Positions 1-9,895 of a DNA stretch of 64,000 nt are shown one piece after another. Position 1 is the stretch's first letter. Every line of letters starts with the position of its first letter. This stretch comes from Candidatus Binataceae bacterium (GTDB lineage Bacteria; Desulfobacterota; Binatia; Binatales; Binataceae). Made by a program: the position numbers and the translations under genes. The DNA is taken from NCBI GenBank assembly GCA_963752805.1, contig CAVWAA010000027.1:947-64946 (forward strand), read 5' to 3'. Under the pieces are notes generated by a model. That model did not search any database and was not told the DNA's origin. It saw only the letters and a program-made list of their open reading frames with translations.

Positions 1-174
1 TCAGTCACGCTGGTTGTGTGTCTTGCCGCGCGCAAGAACGACTCACAAGCGATCTATACGATGCGTTTTTAGGTAGTCGGCGGGGTAAATTCAACTGCCG
101 GGCGCACAAGCCAGCGCCCTTTGCCGGTCCGAGTCACTCATTGCAGCCAGGTGGGCCTATTATTTGAATAACCG

Positions 175-1146
175 TCAGTGCTTCATTTTCTTCAGCTCTT
201 CGGTCATCTCGGGCACTGCCTTGAACAAATCGGCGACGAGGCCGAAGTCGGCGACGCTGAAGATAGGCGCCTCTTCATCCTTGTTTATCGCGACAATAGT
301 CTTCGAATCCTTCATCCCGGCCAGATGCTGAATCGCACCGGAAATTCCCACAGCCACGTATAGCTCCGGCGCAACGACCTTACCCGTCTGACCGACCTGA
401 AGATCATTGGGAACAAACCCAGCGTCTACCGCGGCACGGCTAGCACCCATCGCGGCGCCGAGTTCGTCGACCAGCGGCTCGAGCACGGTCTTGAAGTTAT
501 CTCCGGAACGAAGCCCACGCCCACCCGAAACGACGATCTTCGCTTCTGTGAGCTGCGGCCGATCGCTCTTGATTTCATTGAAGCCGACGAATTCCATCTT
601 GAGACTCGCCGGGTCGATTTCGGCTTGCATTTTCTCAACCGGCGCTGTTTCTCCGCTCAAAACCGCAGCATCAAATGCAGTGCCGCGCACGGTTACGACG
701 TGGATCGGCCCCTGCAACTCGATCGTCGCCAACACGTTGCCAGCGTACATCGGCCGCACCAGGCTGCCGTCGTCATTAATCGCAATGACGTCCGACGCCA
801 TCGGGGCCTCGAGACGGGCGGCAACGCGCGGCATCAGGTCTTTGCTCATCGCGGTCGCGGTCGCCATTACGGCTTCGGCGCCGATCTTTTTCACCACGGT
901 TGCAACCGCCTGAGCCGCCGCGTCAGCCAACGGAGTCGTCAGGCGCGGGTCTTCAAGCCCAATCACCTTGCTCACACCATATTTGGCCAGCTCGCCGATC
1001 ACATTGTCGACTTTGTCCCCCATGGCGACAACGACGCAGTGGGCGCCGCGTTTCCGTGCCATCTCCCGACCAGCGTTGATTCCAACCAGCGTGGTTTTCG
1101 GAACATGTCCATTCCGATGTTCAGCAATAACCAGTACATCACCCAT
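175..1146 (-). CDS. etfA: electron transfer flavoprotein subunit alpha
   Basis: 323-aa ORF with C-terminal FAD-binding block ELYVAVGISGAIQHLAGMKDSKTIVAINKDEEAPIF typical of EtfA/FixB; directly downstream of etfB on the same strand. Confidence 0.92.
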   Translation of the reverse strand: MGDVLVIAEHRNGHVPKTTLVGINAGREMARKRGAHCVVVAMGDKVDNVIGELAKYGVSKVIGLEDPRLTTPLADAAAQAVATVVKKIGAEAVMATATAMSKDLMPRVAARLEAPMASDVIAINDDGSLVRPMYAGNVLATIELQGPIHVVTVRGTAFDAAVLSGETAPVEKMQAEIDPASLKMEFVGFNEIKSDRPQLTEAKIVVSGGRGLRSGDNFKTVLEPLVDELGAAMGASRAAVDAGFVPNDLQVGQTGKVVAPELYVAVGISGAIQHLAGMKDSKTIVAINKDEEAPIFSVADFGLVADLFKAVPEMTEELKKMKH

Positions 1147-1291
1147 TTATTTCACCGATGTCTCAAGTAACGCCGCGGAGCCTCCGCCGGTAAGGGTTGT
1201 CACCGCTCGCCCGGGGGGTTTTGCCGCGCAATGGCGGCGCCAGGCGTTAACCGCGCGGCCTGGAAGTATGAAGTATGATGTTTTCGCTGCT

Positions 1292-2041
1292 TCAAATCAC
1301 CTTGGCATCTGTATGCAGTGCTTGCACCAATTCCTGGACCGAACCCAGTTTTCGGCCCGCTTGCCGCTTTTCGGGCGCCTTCATGATCCTGATTTTGACC
1401 TTGGGCGTTAGATCGACGCCGAGGCTATCGGCCGGGACCTCGGTCAGCGGTTTTTTGCGTGCCTTCATGATGCCGGGGAGGGACGCGTAGCGCGGTTCGT
1501 TGAGGCGCAAGTCGGTGGTAATAACCGCAGGCAGGGGAAATGCCACAGTTTCCAGCCCACCATCGGCCTCACGCACCACCGTGCACCGGCTCCCGGCAAT
1601 GTCCACTTTTGAAGCAAAAGTAGCCTGCGGCCAATCCAGCAGCTCAGCCAACATCTGACCCACCTGGTTCGAATCGTCGTCAATCGCCTGCTTACCAATA
1701 ATAACCAGTTCGGGCTTCTCGTTGCCGACTATTTTCGCCATGATCCGCGCGATCGCGAAGGTGTCGAGTGGGCTGTCCGCTCGCACCAGGATTGCGCGAT
1801 CCGCTCCCATTGCCAGTCCGGTGCGCAACTGCTCCTGCCATGTCTGTTGGCCGACAGATAGCAGGACCACTTCGCCGGAACCTTGTTTCTCTTTAACTCG
1901 AAGCGCTTCTTCAAGGGCGATTTCATCGAACGGATTAATGACCCATTTAATGTTATCGGTGGCGATTCCAGAACCGTCAGGCAGGACGCGGATCGTCGTC
2001 GCCGGATCGGGAACGCGTTTGACAGGAACCAGGATTTTCAT
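1292..2041 (-). CDS. etfB: electron transfer flavoprotein subunit beta
   Basis: ORF 1292-2065; the canonical EtfB N-terminus MKILVPVKRVPD starts at the internal ATG at 2041; typical etfB-etfA order. Confidence 0.9.
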   Translation of the reverse strand: MKILVPVKRVPDPATTIRVLPDGSGIATDNIKWVINPFDEIALEEALRVKEKQGSGEVVLLSVGQQTWQEQLRTGLAMGADRAILVRADSPLDTFAIARIMAKIVGNEKPELVIIGKQAIDDDSNQVGQMLAELLDWPQATFASKVDIAGSRCTVVREADGGLETVAFPLPAVITTDLRLNEPRYASLPGIMKARKKPLTEVPADSLGVDLTPKVKIRIMKAPEKRQAGRKLGSVQELVQALHTDAKVI

Positions 2042-2165
2042 GTCGATCTCACTCCAGGCATTCACGAGCTACAAAGGACAAAGCGCCAATGACCGACTCA
2101 CCAACCGATGTTCGGGTCGCGGTTTGCGCGGGATACGTCGATTCTCTCGTGGTCGACTTTATCTA

Positions 2166-2948
2166 TTATTCATTGTATCCAAGGCGATAGGAAAGCTCTC
2201 GCCCGGCTTCGACGATCAACGGCGCGAGCTCGTGACTGATGCGATCGGCAGGAATTCTATAGCAGGGACCAGCAACTGCCAGCGAGCCGACGACAGAACG
2301 GGTATAGTCGCGGATCGGGACCGCAACTGATGCCACGTCCTCGAAGTACTCACCAGCGTCAACTGAATAACCGTCCCGGGCGACGCAATGAAGCTGTTCA
2401 AGCAGGGTCGTGCGGTCGATTATGGTCCGCGGGGTGAACCGTTCAAGAAGTTCAGGTAAAGAAGCCTGGAGTTGTTCTTCAGGATCGAACGCCAAGTGGG
2501 CTTTGCCAATCGCCGTGCAATGGAGTGGCAGCGTCTGACCGATGGGGGGAGTTATACGCACAATCCGATCGTCGGGTTCGGCGGCTTCCAGCGGAACCAC
2601 GCCAGCGCGGCGCGCGATGGCGACGAAAGCACTCTCGCGCGCTTTGCGAGCGATGTCAGCCAGAATGGGCCGCGCTTGTCGCACCAAACCCATGTGCTCG
2701 ATATAGCGGCGGCCCAAATGCAGGCATTTGATTCCCAGCCGGTAATTCTCGCTGGCACGGTTTTGTTCGATGTAACCGCGAGCTTCGAGAGTCGCGAGCA
2801 GGCGAAACACGTTATTTTTATGAAGTTTGAGCCGCTTGGAAAGTTCGGTGACGCCGAGTTCGTCGATGTCTCCAAAAAATTGTTCGAGAACGTCAAGCGA
2901 ATGCGCTACGGATTGAATAACATAGTTTGTCTTGTCCCGCCGCATCAT
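2166..2948 (-). CDS. IclR family transcriptional regulator
   Basis: 260 aa; N-terminal wHTH (SVAHSLDVLEQF...ELGVTELSKRLKLHKNNVFRLLATLEARGYI) plus C-terminal IclR effector-binding domain. Confidence 0.85.
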   Translation of the reverse strand: MMRRDKTNYVIQSVAHSLDVLEQFFGDIDELGVTELSKRLKLHKNNVFRLLATLEARGYIEQNRASENYRLGIKCLHLGRRYIEHMGLVRQARPILADIARKARESAFVAIARRAGVVPLEAAEPDDRIVRITPPIGQTLPLHCTAIGKAHLAFDPEEQLQASLPELLERFTPRTIIDRTTLLEQLHCVARDGYSVDAGEYFEDVASVAVPIRDYTRSVVGSLAVAGPCYRIPADRISHELAPLIVEAGRELSYRLGYNE

Positions 2949-3066
2949 CAGGTTTTATCTTCTCCAGACACGCAAGTTGCTGAAACAGGCCTCTTGCGAT
3001 TCTGGAAAGGTGTTTTAATTTAGGCCCTACCAAGGAATGATGTCAACGCCGCTCTAACCAGGTATC

Positions 3067-3754
3067 GTGCTGCAGGCGGCCCCGCGCAGGGCGGAATTAG
3101 CAAAAGTTGGAGCATACATTTTGGCAAACGTCTTGCCGCCAGAATTCAGCCGCCGGATGGATGAGTCCGACGACGAACTTTTTTACCAATATCCGCGCTT
3201 GCTTGTGCATATCGACGAGTACGCGATCGCCGATGTGGGCGAGATCTACGATCGTCTGCTGCCGAAGAAAGGCGAGATTCTCGACCTCATGAGTAGTTGG
3301 CGTTCTCATCTGCCGCAAGACCCTCGAACTGAAGCGGGTCGTTGGCCTGGGCTTGAATCGTGCCGAGATGGCGGATAATCCTGCGCTTACCGATATAGTG
3401 ATCCATAACGTCAACCGGCAGCCGCGACTCCCGCTTGACGATGCCTCTTTTGATGGCGCCGTGATGACCGTTTCTGTTCAGTACCTGACGCGTCCGATCG
3501 AGGTGTTTGCGGATGTCGGACGGCTGCTGAGGCCCCAGGGCCCATTCATCGTGACTTTCTCCAATCGGATGTTTCCGACCAAGGCGATTTCGCTTTGGCA
3601 GATGGCGAGCGAGCAGCAGCGGCCGGAAATCGTCAAACGCTACTTTGCTGAAGCGCGGACATTTGAGAATATCGAACTGATCGACCACAGCCGGCGCGCC
3701 GGCGTTCCATCGGACCCAATATGGGCGGTGGTCGGCTATAAAAAGACGCCGTAG
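3067..3754 (+). pseudogene. class I SAM-dependent methyltransferase (Methyltransf_11-like), split by one frameshift
   Basis: ORF 3067-3378 carries ...ILDLMSSWRSHLP. The downstream frame, open from 3293, reads ...KRVVGLGLNRAEMADNPALTD...SFDGAVMTVSVQYL. The two halves make one methyltransferase fold only if the frame shifts by 1 nt around 3293-3320. Confidence 0.7.
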
Positions 3755-3831
3755 TTAGAGCCGGCTCCGAACGGCAGGACTGAGAATCGACGCGCTATCA
3801 CGCGCAGCACAAGTTGCAAATTGCAAGTTGA

Positions 3832-4245
3832 ATGATAAAGCATCGCGGACTGAGACATCTGGCGCTCAACGTCAAAGACGTAGCGCATGCAGTCAATTTT
3901 TATCGGCGAGTGTTCGGAATGACGATCGTCTGGCAACCCGATACGGATAATGCGTACCTGAGTTCCGGTTGCGACAACCTCGCACTTCATCGAGGATCGG
4001 CGGGTGATCGCTCAGCACAATCGCTCGACCATCTTGGGTTTATCGTGTCCACGATCGATGAGTTGGAAGCGGGCTACCAATGGGCGCAGGAAAAACAGCT
4101 CGACATCGCGAGCCCGCTGCGACGCCATCGCGATGGCTCGGTTTCGTACTACCTCCGCGACCCCGATGGCAATGTGATCCAGGTACTGTACGAACCTTCA
4201 ATAAGTCCGCTTACCATTTACGACCACGCGCAGGCCGAGGATTAG
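3832..4245 (+). CDS. VOC family protein (glyoxalase/bleomycin-resistance/dioxygenase fold)
   Basis: 137 aa; LRHLALNVKDVAHAVNFYRRVFGM N-terminal VOC motif and ...LRDPDGNVIQV C-terminal motif. Confidence 0.8.
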   Translation: MIKHRGLRHLALNVKDVAHAVNFYRRVFGMTIVWQPDTDNAYLSSGCDNLALHRGSAGDRSAQSLDHLGFIVSTIDELEAGYQWAQEKQLDIASPLRRHRDGSVSYYLRDPDGNVIQVLYEPSISPLTIYDHAQAED

Positions 4246-4329
4246 TTTCAACCTTGTCTGCCCGTTCGATTGAGGCCGGACGAGGCCGAGTTTAAGCACT
4301 TGCCCCTTTACACAAGCGGAGCCCTCCCG

Positions 4330-5433
4330 ATGCTAAAAGATCGTGCCACGCCTGGCGGAACTGTTGAGTATGCGAGCCATTTCACCGATTATCGGGGCAA
4401 TTACCGTCCCATGTTCGGTCTTTCAGTTTCTTCGCTTGGAATCGGCACTTATCTGGGCGACGAAGATGCCGCCACCGACGCAGCCTACTCCCAGGCGATG
4501 CGAGCCGCCGTGCTAGGTGGAATTAATCTGGTCGATACTGCAGTAAATTATCGTTGCCAGCGAAGCGAGCGCGTGATCGGTAGGGTTATCGCGGAACTGG
4601 CCGGGAGCGGCCAGGTCAAGCGCGAGCAAATCGTGATTGCGACCAAAGGCGGCTATATCGCCTTCGATGGGGAGGTTCCGGCCGATCCGCGCGGCTGGTT
4701 CGAGGAAAATTTTCTCCAGCCGGGAATTGTCAAGCCGAATGAGGTCGTCCAAAGCTCGCACTGCATGACGCCGCGATATCTCGAAGCCATGCTCGACCTC
4801 AGCCGCTCGAATCTCGGCCTGGAAAGCGTCGACATCTATTACGTCCACAACCCGGAAACACAGCTCAATGCCGTGGGCCATGATGAGTTTCTCGCGCGCA
4901 TTCGGAAAGCTTTTGAGTTCCTGGAAAGTGCGGTTAAGGCAGAAAAAATCGCTTGCTACGGCACCGCAACCTGGAACGGTTTCCGTCTAAAGCCCAATGA
5001 ACGCGGTTATCTTTCATTGGCAGAATTAGTCAGCGCGGCGACTGAGGTCGGCGGGGCCGACCATCACTTCAGAATAATTCAGCTCCCGTACAATCTGGCA
5101 ATGACCGAAGCGCTGACATTGCGCAACCAGACTTTGCCCGGCGGCAACCAAGTGAGTCTGCTCGCTGCCGCCGACGCAATGGGTGTCGCAGTCTGTGCAA
5201 GCGCCTCGTTATTGCAGGGCCAATTGACCCGCAGCCTACCCGAGATATTGCAATCGGCTTTCCCTGGAATGGAATCGGATGCGCAGCGTTCGATTCAATT
5301 CGTCCGCTCAACTCCGGGCATCGGCGTAGCACTAGTTGGCATGAGTTCAACCGCCCATGTGGCGCATAATCTGGCGGCGCTAAAGCATCCGCCGGCGCCC
5401 GATGCATTGATGAAACTGTTTGCAGCCGACTGA
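4330..5433 (+). CDS. aldo/keto reductase
   Basis: ORF 4270-5433, likely ATG at 4330. AKR-type blocks: LGIGTYLG, GINLVDTAVNY, VIATKGG, VDIYYVHNPE. Confidence 0.85.
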   Translation: MLKDRATPGGTVEYASHFTDYRGNYRPMFGLSVSSLGIGTYLGDEDAATDAAYSQAMRAAVLGGINLVDTAVNYRCQRSERVIGRVIAELAGSGQVKREQIVIATKGGYIAFDGEVPADPRGWFEENFLQPGIVKPNEVVQSSHCMTPRYLEAMLDLSRSNLGLESVDIYYVHNPETQLNAVGHDEFLARIRKAFEFLESAVKAEKIACYGTATWNGFRLKPNERGYLSLAELVSAATEVGGADHHFRIIQLPYNLAMTEALTLRNQTLPGGNQVSLLAAADAMGVAVCASASLLQGQLTRSLPEILQSAFPGMESDAQRSIQFVRSTPGIGVALVGMSSTAHVAHNLAALKHPPAPDALMKLFAAD

Positions 5434-5534
5434 ACGGCTCATGAATCCTTAGCTTGAGGAGAGGCGAGAAGTCATTCCTCGGTGCGTATCGTCCGTTTTT
5501 CTGATTCCTTCCCTTTCCGAAAGGAGAATCTGGG

Positions 5535-6617
5535 CTAGAGTCTAGTCGGTTTGCGGCCAAGAAAGACCTGATGGAATGGGTTCTTGATCGGGAGCCGTTC
5601 CAGACTCGCGAAACCAGCTTCCGCCGCTAGATTCCTAGCCAGCTCCTCGCTGATTGCAGAACCCAGGCCTTCTCCACCCTGGGCAAGCGATACGGTCATG
5701 CAGTGCATTGTGCTCGCACCGTATAGAGTGCGCCCGACCGGACCAAGATTGTCTTCGAGCCGTGCGCCGACATCCGCTTCCGACCATAAAAATGCGCCGT
5801 CGCGTTTGAGCATTCGTTGAATTGCGGCCAAGGCGGCGCGTGGATGTGCCATGTCGTGGATGCAGTTGAAGGCCATCACGAGATCGAAGTGGTCTTGAAA
5901 CGGCACGCTCTCGGCGGCGATCTGCTCAAAGCCTATTCGACCGTTCAATCCGGCGCTGTCCGCTTTGTTCCGAGCGCGCTCGATAGAAGTGGGGTCGACG
6001 TCATAACCAAAGAAACGGGAGTTAGGGAAAGCTGCGGCCACCGGGATCAGACATTGGCCCGCTCCGCAGCCGACCTCGGCAGCTTCGGCCCCGGCAAGCA
6101 GCCGCTCATGAACATCTGGTACTGCGGGGATCCACTCACGAGCTACCCAGGTTTCGTAACCGACATGGAACAGCCGCTCGATGGCTTCGACTATCTCCGG
6201 GCCGAAATCGCTAAACGGAACGCCGCCGCCATTCTTGAATGACTCCATCAACGTAGGGATCTGCCGATAGCACGCAACCGCATATTGAAAAGCGCCAGCG
6301 GTGAAATAGGTAGTGTCTTCATTTGTCAAGACCGCGGCCTGTTCGGAGTTCATTCTGAAAGTTGCATCCTGCGGCGAGTATTCGACATAGCCGGCCGCAG
6401 CCATGGTGGCGCTCCATTCGCGCAAGTAACGTTCATTCAGGCCCGTGCGTTCCGCGAGCTGCCGGGTTGTAAAAGCGGTGCCACTGGCCATCGCCTTGAA
6501 AATTCCAAGCCGATCGCCGATGTAGGCTAAAGCGGCGGTCAGCGCCCCGCCAAAATCAACCCCGACCTGCCGTGCCAAGGCGGCGGCCTTTTTCCGATCA
6601 AGAGGTTCGTGCTCCAT
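5535..6617 (-). CDS. class I SAM-dependent methyltransferase with N-terminal winged-helix (Rv2258c-like)
   Basis: 360 aa; SAM motif I EVGCGAGQ, N-terminal wHTH-like TTRQLAERTGLNERYLREWSATMAAAGYV. Confidence 0.8.
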   Translation of the reverse strand: MEHEPLDRKKAAALARQVGVDFGGALTAALAYIGDRLGIFKAMASGTAFTTRQLAERTGLNERYLREWSATMAAAGYVEYSPQDATFRMNSEQAAVLTNEDTTYFTAGAFQYAVACYRQIPTLMESFKNGGGVPFSDFGPEIVEAIERLFHVGYETWVAREWIPAVPDVHERLLAGAEAAEVGCGAGQCLIPVAAAFPNSRFFGYDVDPTSIERARNKADSAGLNGRIGFEQIAAESVPFQDHFDLVMAFNCIHDMAHPRAALAAIQRMLKRDGAFLWSEADVGARLEDNLGPVGRTLYGASTMHCMTVSLAQGGEGLGSAISEELARNLAAEAGFASLERLPIKNPFHQVFLGRKPTRL

Positions 6618-6917
6618 GACTTATCCTTCAAATAACCCAGTAGATCATGCACTCGCCGCCGGCAAACCAGCAACCTTAACTGAACGCGGCCTAAACCTGA
6701 GACGCCCACAAGTTGACCGTGGCCACACCGCGCCAGAGATAACAGGCATTTGAATTTGAATTGGTAGTGCGATACTCAATTGCAATTGGATTCGCTAAGA
6801 AGTGAGCTGAACGACAGGATTTAAACTTTGCCGGTGGTTTAGGATTTTAGAGCTGCTGCTTAATCTTCGGCGCGTGAATAAAGCTCGACCTGCGCCGACT
6901 CCATTGGAGGTTACGAA

Positions 6918-8657
6918 ATGGCGGACATGGATATCCTGATTAAAGGCGGTACGGTCGTCGACGGCAGCCGCGTGCCAAGATATCGCGCCGATGTGTGGAT
7001 CAAGGATGGCAAAATCGCTCAGATCGGCGGCCGCGCGCACGGCTTTGCCAAGAAAACCATCGATGCGGACGGCCTCATCGTGGCTCCTGGTTTCGTCGAC
7101 CTGCACACGCACTACGACGCGCAGATTCGCTGGGACCCTTACTGCACAATTTCCGGGTGGCATGGTGTCACCTCGCTGGTGCTGGGTAATTGTGGATTCG
7201 GTTTTGCCCCGGTCAAGCCTGATTTCCGCGAACGTTCGATGCTGACGATGACCCGCACCGAGGCGATCCCGTACGCTGCGATGAAGGAAGGGATGACCTG
7301 GGATTGGGAGACGATTCCGCAATATCTCGCTTCGCTGGACCGCACCCCGAAGGGAGTGAACTGCATTCAGTACATGCCGACCGCATCGCTGATGACCTAC
7401 GTCATGGGTCTGGAAGCTGCAAAGACACGGGCGGCGAACGATCGGGAGCGGGCGGAGATGGCCCGGCTGCTTCATGAAGGCATGGATGCAGGCCTATGCG
7501 GCTTCTCGATTCAGCGCTTAGGGCCAGATTCGGTGCAGGCCGATTATGACGGCTCACCGATGGTAACGGATACCATGTGCGACGAGGACATCTTTAATCT
7601 CGCCCGGGTGCTGCGCGAGCGTGACGAAGGCTTCATGGAGATCACTCAGGCGACCGATCCCGCCGATAACAGCGCCGATCTCGCCTTTGTGAAAAAATTG
7701 GCAGGTGTCGCTATGCGGCCGATCCTCTTCCAAGCGGTCGCGCCCACCCGCAAAAACGCTGAAATCCATCGTCGCCTACTGCGCTGGATCGAGGGCTGCC
7801 GCGCCGAGGGTCTTCCGATCTTCGGCCAGGGCGCGTCCGTACGCAGCGGGTTCGCGTTTACCCTGGAGAATTGGAATCTCTACGACATGAGCCCGGCGTG
7901 GCGCGCGCTGACCACCGGCACGGTCGAGGAGAAGCTGGCGAAGATGAAAGATCCGGAGATGCGCAAGGCGGTCATCCGGGAGACAGATGAAGCCGACGCG
8001 AGAATCCGGGCGCTTCAGGCCGGCGTTGGCGGTAATCCGAAAAATTTGATCGTGCAATGGGTCGAGAACCACGAGGAACTCGAGAAGTACGTCGGCAGGT
8101 CGCTCGGCCAGATCGGCATGGAAGAGAACAAGCATCCGATTGATGTGATGCTCGACCTTTCCATCGCTACCAATTTGAAGGCCGAGTTCCTGGGTCCCAA
8201 CAAGGGATTCAACGCCGAGTTTATGGCCGAGATCTTCAACGCTTCACCCTTTACCTTCCCTGGTGTGTCCGACGGTGGAGCGCATACGAAGTTCTTCACC
8301 GGAGGGGCGTTCACGACCGATTTTCTGCGCTGGTTGGTGCGCGATGAGCAGAGAATCACCCTCGAAGAAGCGCACTATCGCATGTCAGCGCTGCCGGCTC
8401 ACGCCGCTGGCTTCCGCGACCGTGGAATGCTACGCGAGGGCCTGGCCGCCGACGTTGTTGTGTATGACCTGAAGGGTCTCGATATCGAGCCCGATTGGGT
8501 AGGTGAGATCGTTCACGATTTCCCGGGTGGCGAATGGCGCCGGGTACAGCACGCCAAGGGTTATCGCTCGATTATCGTCAACGGCGTGGAGACATTCGCT
8601 GAAGATAAGTGCACCGGTGCAACTCCGGGCAAGCTGCTGCGCCATGGGTACGCCTGA
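6918..8657 (+). CDS. N-acyl-D-amino-acid deacylase family amidohydrolase (D-aminoacylase-like)
   Basis: 579 aa; N-terminus ILIKGGTVVDGS...VWIKDGKIAQIG...DADGLIVAPGFVDLHTHYD is the characteristic D-aminoacylase/amidohydrolase start with the HxH metal motif. Confidence 0.85.
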   Translation: MADMDILIKGGTVVDGSRVPRYRADVWIKDGKIAQIGGRAHGFAKKTIDADGLIVAPGFVDLHTHYDAQIRWDPYCTISGWHGVTSLVLGNCGFGFAPVKPDFRERSMLTMTRTEAIPYAAMKEGMTWDWETIPQYLASLDRTPKGVNCIQYMPTASLMTYVMGLEAAKTRAANDRERAEMARLLHEGMDAGLCGFSIQRLGPDSVQADYDGSPMVTDTMCDEDIFNLARVLRERDEGFMEITQATDPADNSADLAFVKKLAGVAMRPILFQAVAPTRKNAEIHRRLLRWIEGCRAEGLPIFGQGASVRSGFAFTLENWNLYDMSPAWRALTTGTVEEKLAKMKDPEMRKAVIRETDEADARIRALQAGVGGNPKNLIVQWVENHEELEKYVGRSLGQIGMEENKHPIDVMLDLSIATNLKAEFLGPNKGFNAEFMAEIFNASPFTFPGVSDGGAHTKFFTGGAFTTDFLRWLVRDEQRITLEEAHYRMSALPAHAAGFRDRGMLREGLAADVVVYDLKGLDIEPDWVGEIVHDFPGGEWRRVQHAKGYRSIIVNGVETFAEDKCTGATPGKLLRHGYA

Positions 8658-8717
8658 GGCAGATAACAGGCTGAAGCGTGAGCCCTTCTGAGCAAGGGTT
8701 AACCGCTGAACAGAGAC

Positions 8718-8754
8718 CGCGACCGCACACCTTTTTCGGTGTGCGGTCGCGTTT
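8718..8754 (+). terminator. intrinsic terminator-like hairpin between convergent genes
   Basis: Perfect 14-bp stem CGCGACCGCACACC / GGTGTGCGGTCGCG, 6-nt loop TTTTTC, followed by TTTC; lies 60 nt after the 8657 stop and upstream of the 8897 stop of the minus-strand gene. Confidence 0.6.
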
Positions 8755-8896
8755 CGGCACGATAATTCCCCCCCGCGAACAATGCTTATCGGAAGTTGGG
8801 CATTACTCTTTTCGCGAACAATTATTTATATTGACGCAAAGCCCAACGCGGCCTGGGAACGTGATGTGCTGCGACAATGACGCCTCGCCTCGGCCT

Positions 8897-9730
8897 CTAT
8901 GCTCGCTCACTCAGCAAGTTGAGCCGCCGCGCTTCACGTTCCAGTTTATCGTAACCCGCCGTGCTTCCGGGGATCCATCGGGTCAGGCCTTCCAGGTCCA
9001 TAATCTGCTTCCACTTCGGATCGTTGTAATCCATGACCTGAATAGCCTTCGTGAAGCGTTCGGCCAAGGCAGCAGGAAGCTCCACTCGCGCGGTAAAGTT
9101 GCAATGGCTGTAACCGGGGCTGGTCCAACAAATCCGCAGGGTGCGTGGATCGATCGAGCCATTGGCTACGAAGGCATCCCAGGTAGCCTTGCCAATCGCG
9201 CCGGCGTCCGCCGAACCTTTCGTAACGGCACGGACCACGTCCTGCTCGCTCGTTCCCGTGTCGCCGTGCTTTCCGATGTCAGTTTCGAAACGCACCACTT
9301 TCAGATCCTTCTCCGGATCAAGACCCGCTTCGCGCAGAAAGTGGACGGGCAGGATCGCCGCATGAGACGAGTCGCGGCTGCCGAGTGCGAACCGCTTGCC
9401 TTTGAGATCGCTCAGCGAATGAATCGGCGCATCCGCCCGTCCAATGAACACAGTGGTAAAGCCCACGTCACTGTCGCGCATGCCTAACACGAGGCACTGT
9501 CCGCCGAGTCTCTCTTTGGCTTGTAGATAGGCGAGCGGTGTGTTCCAAGCGATATCGATATGGCCAGCCACCAGCGCATCGACCAGGGCGGGATAGCTTG
9601 AGTATAGGACATACTCGGTCCGCAGGCCTCGGTCATGGAGGTATGCGCGGATTCCTTCCCAAATCGTGAACACCTTGGGTGCGTAGGCAACCGCACCAAT
9701 TCTCAGCTCGATCTTTCGATTTGTCTTCAT
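8897..9730 (-). CDS. PhnD-like (phosphate/phosphonate ABC-type) substrate-binding protein, no obvious signal peptide
   Basis: 277 aa; LRIGAV...YPALVDALVAGHIDIAWNTPLAYLQA and later blocks resemble the PhnD/periplasmic-binding fold; the N-terminus MKTNRKIELRIG lacks a hydrophobic leader. Confidence 0.7.
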   Translation of the reverse strand: MKTNRKIELRIGAVAYAPKVFTIWEGIRAYLHDRGLRTEYVLYSSYPALVDALVAGHIDIAWNTPLAYLQAKERLGGQCLVLGMRDSDVGFTTVFIGRADAPIHSLSDLKGKRFALGSRDSSHAAILPVHFLREAGLDPEKDLKVVRFETDIGKHGDTGTSEQDVVRAVTKGSADAGAIGKATWDAFVANGSIDPRTLRICWTSPGYSHCNFTARVELPAALAERFTKAIQVMDYNDPKWKQIMDLEGLTRWIPGSTAGYDKLEREARRLNLLSERA

Positions 9731-9895
9731 GACGACCGTCTACATCAACAGCTTTTTTCAGGGACCGATTGTGCTGCGGGGCCGGCGAACGTTTCCTCAG
9801 CGCTCGTCGTCGGCTTTCGGCTCCAGCGAAGTGATAAGTCCGTCACGACCTCCAGCAACTCGCGCCGCGATGGCCACACACACGTTTGGGCCGAT

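Noticed and set aside
6795-7475. 226-aa minus-strand ORF overlapping the D-aminoacylase start
   Set aside because: Antisense or overlapping shadow ORF; Arg-rich low-information sequence.
8678-9487. 269-aa plus-strand ORF
   Set aside because: Antisense to the PhnD-like gene and begins inside the terminator hairpin; no family features.
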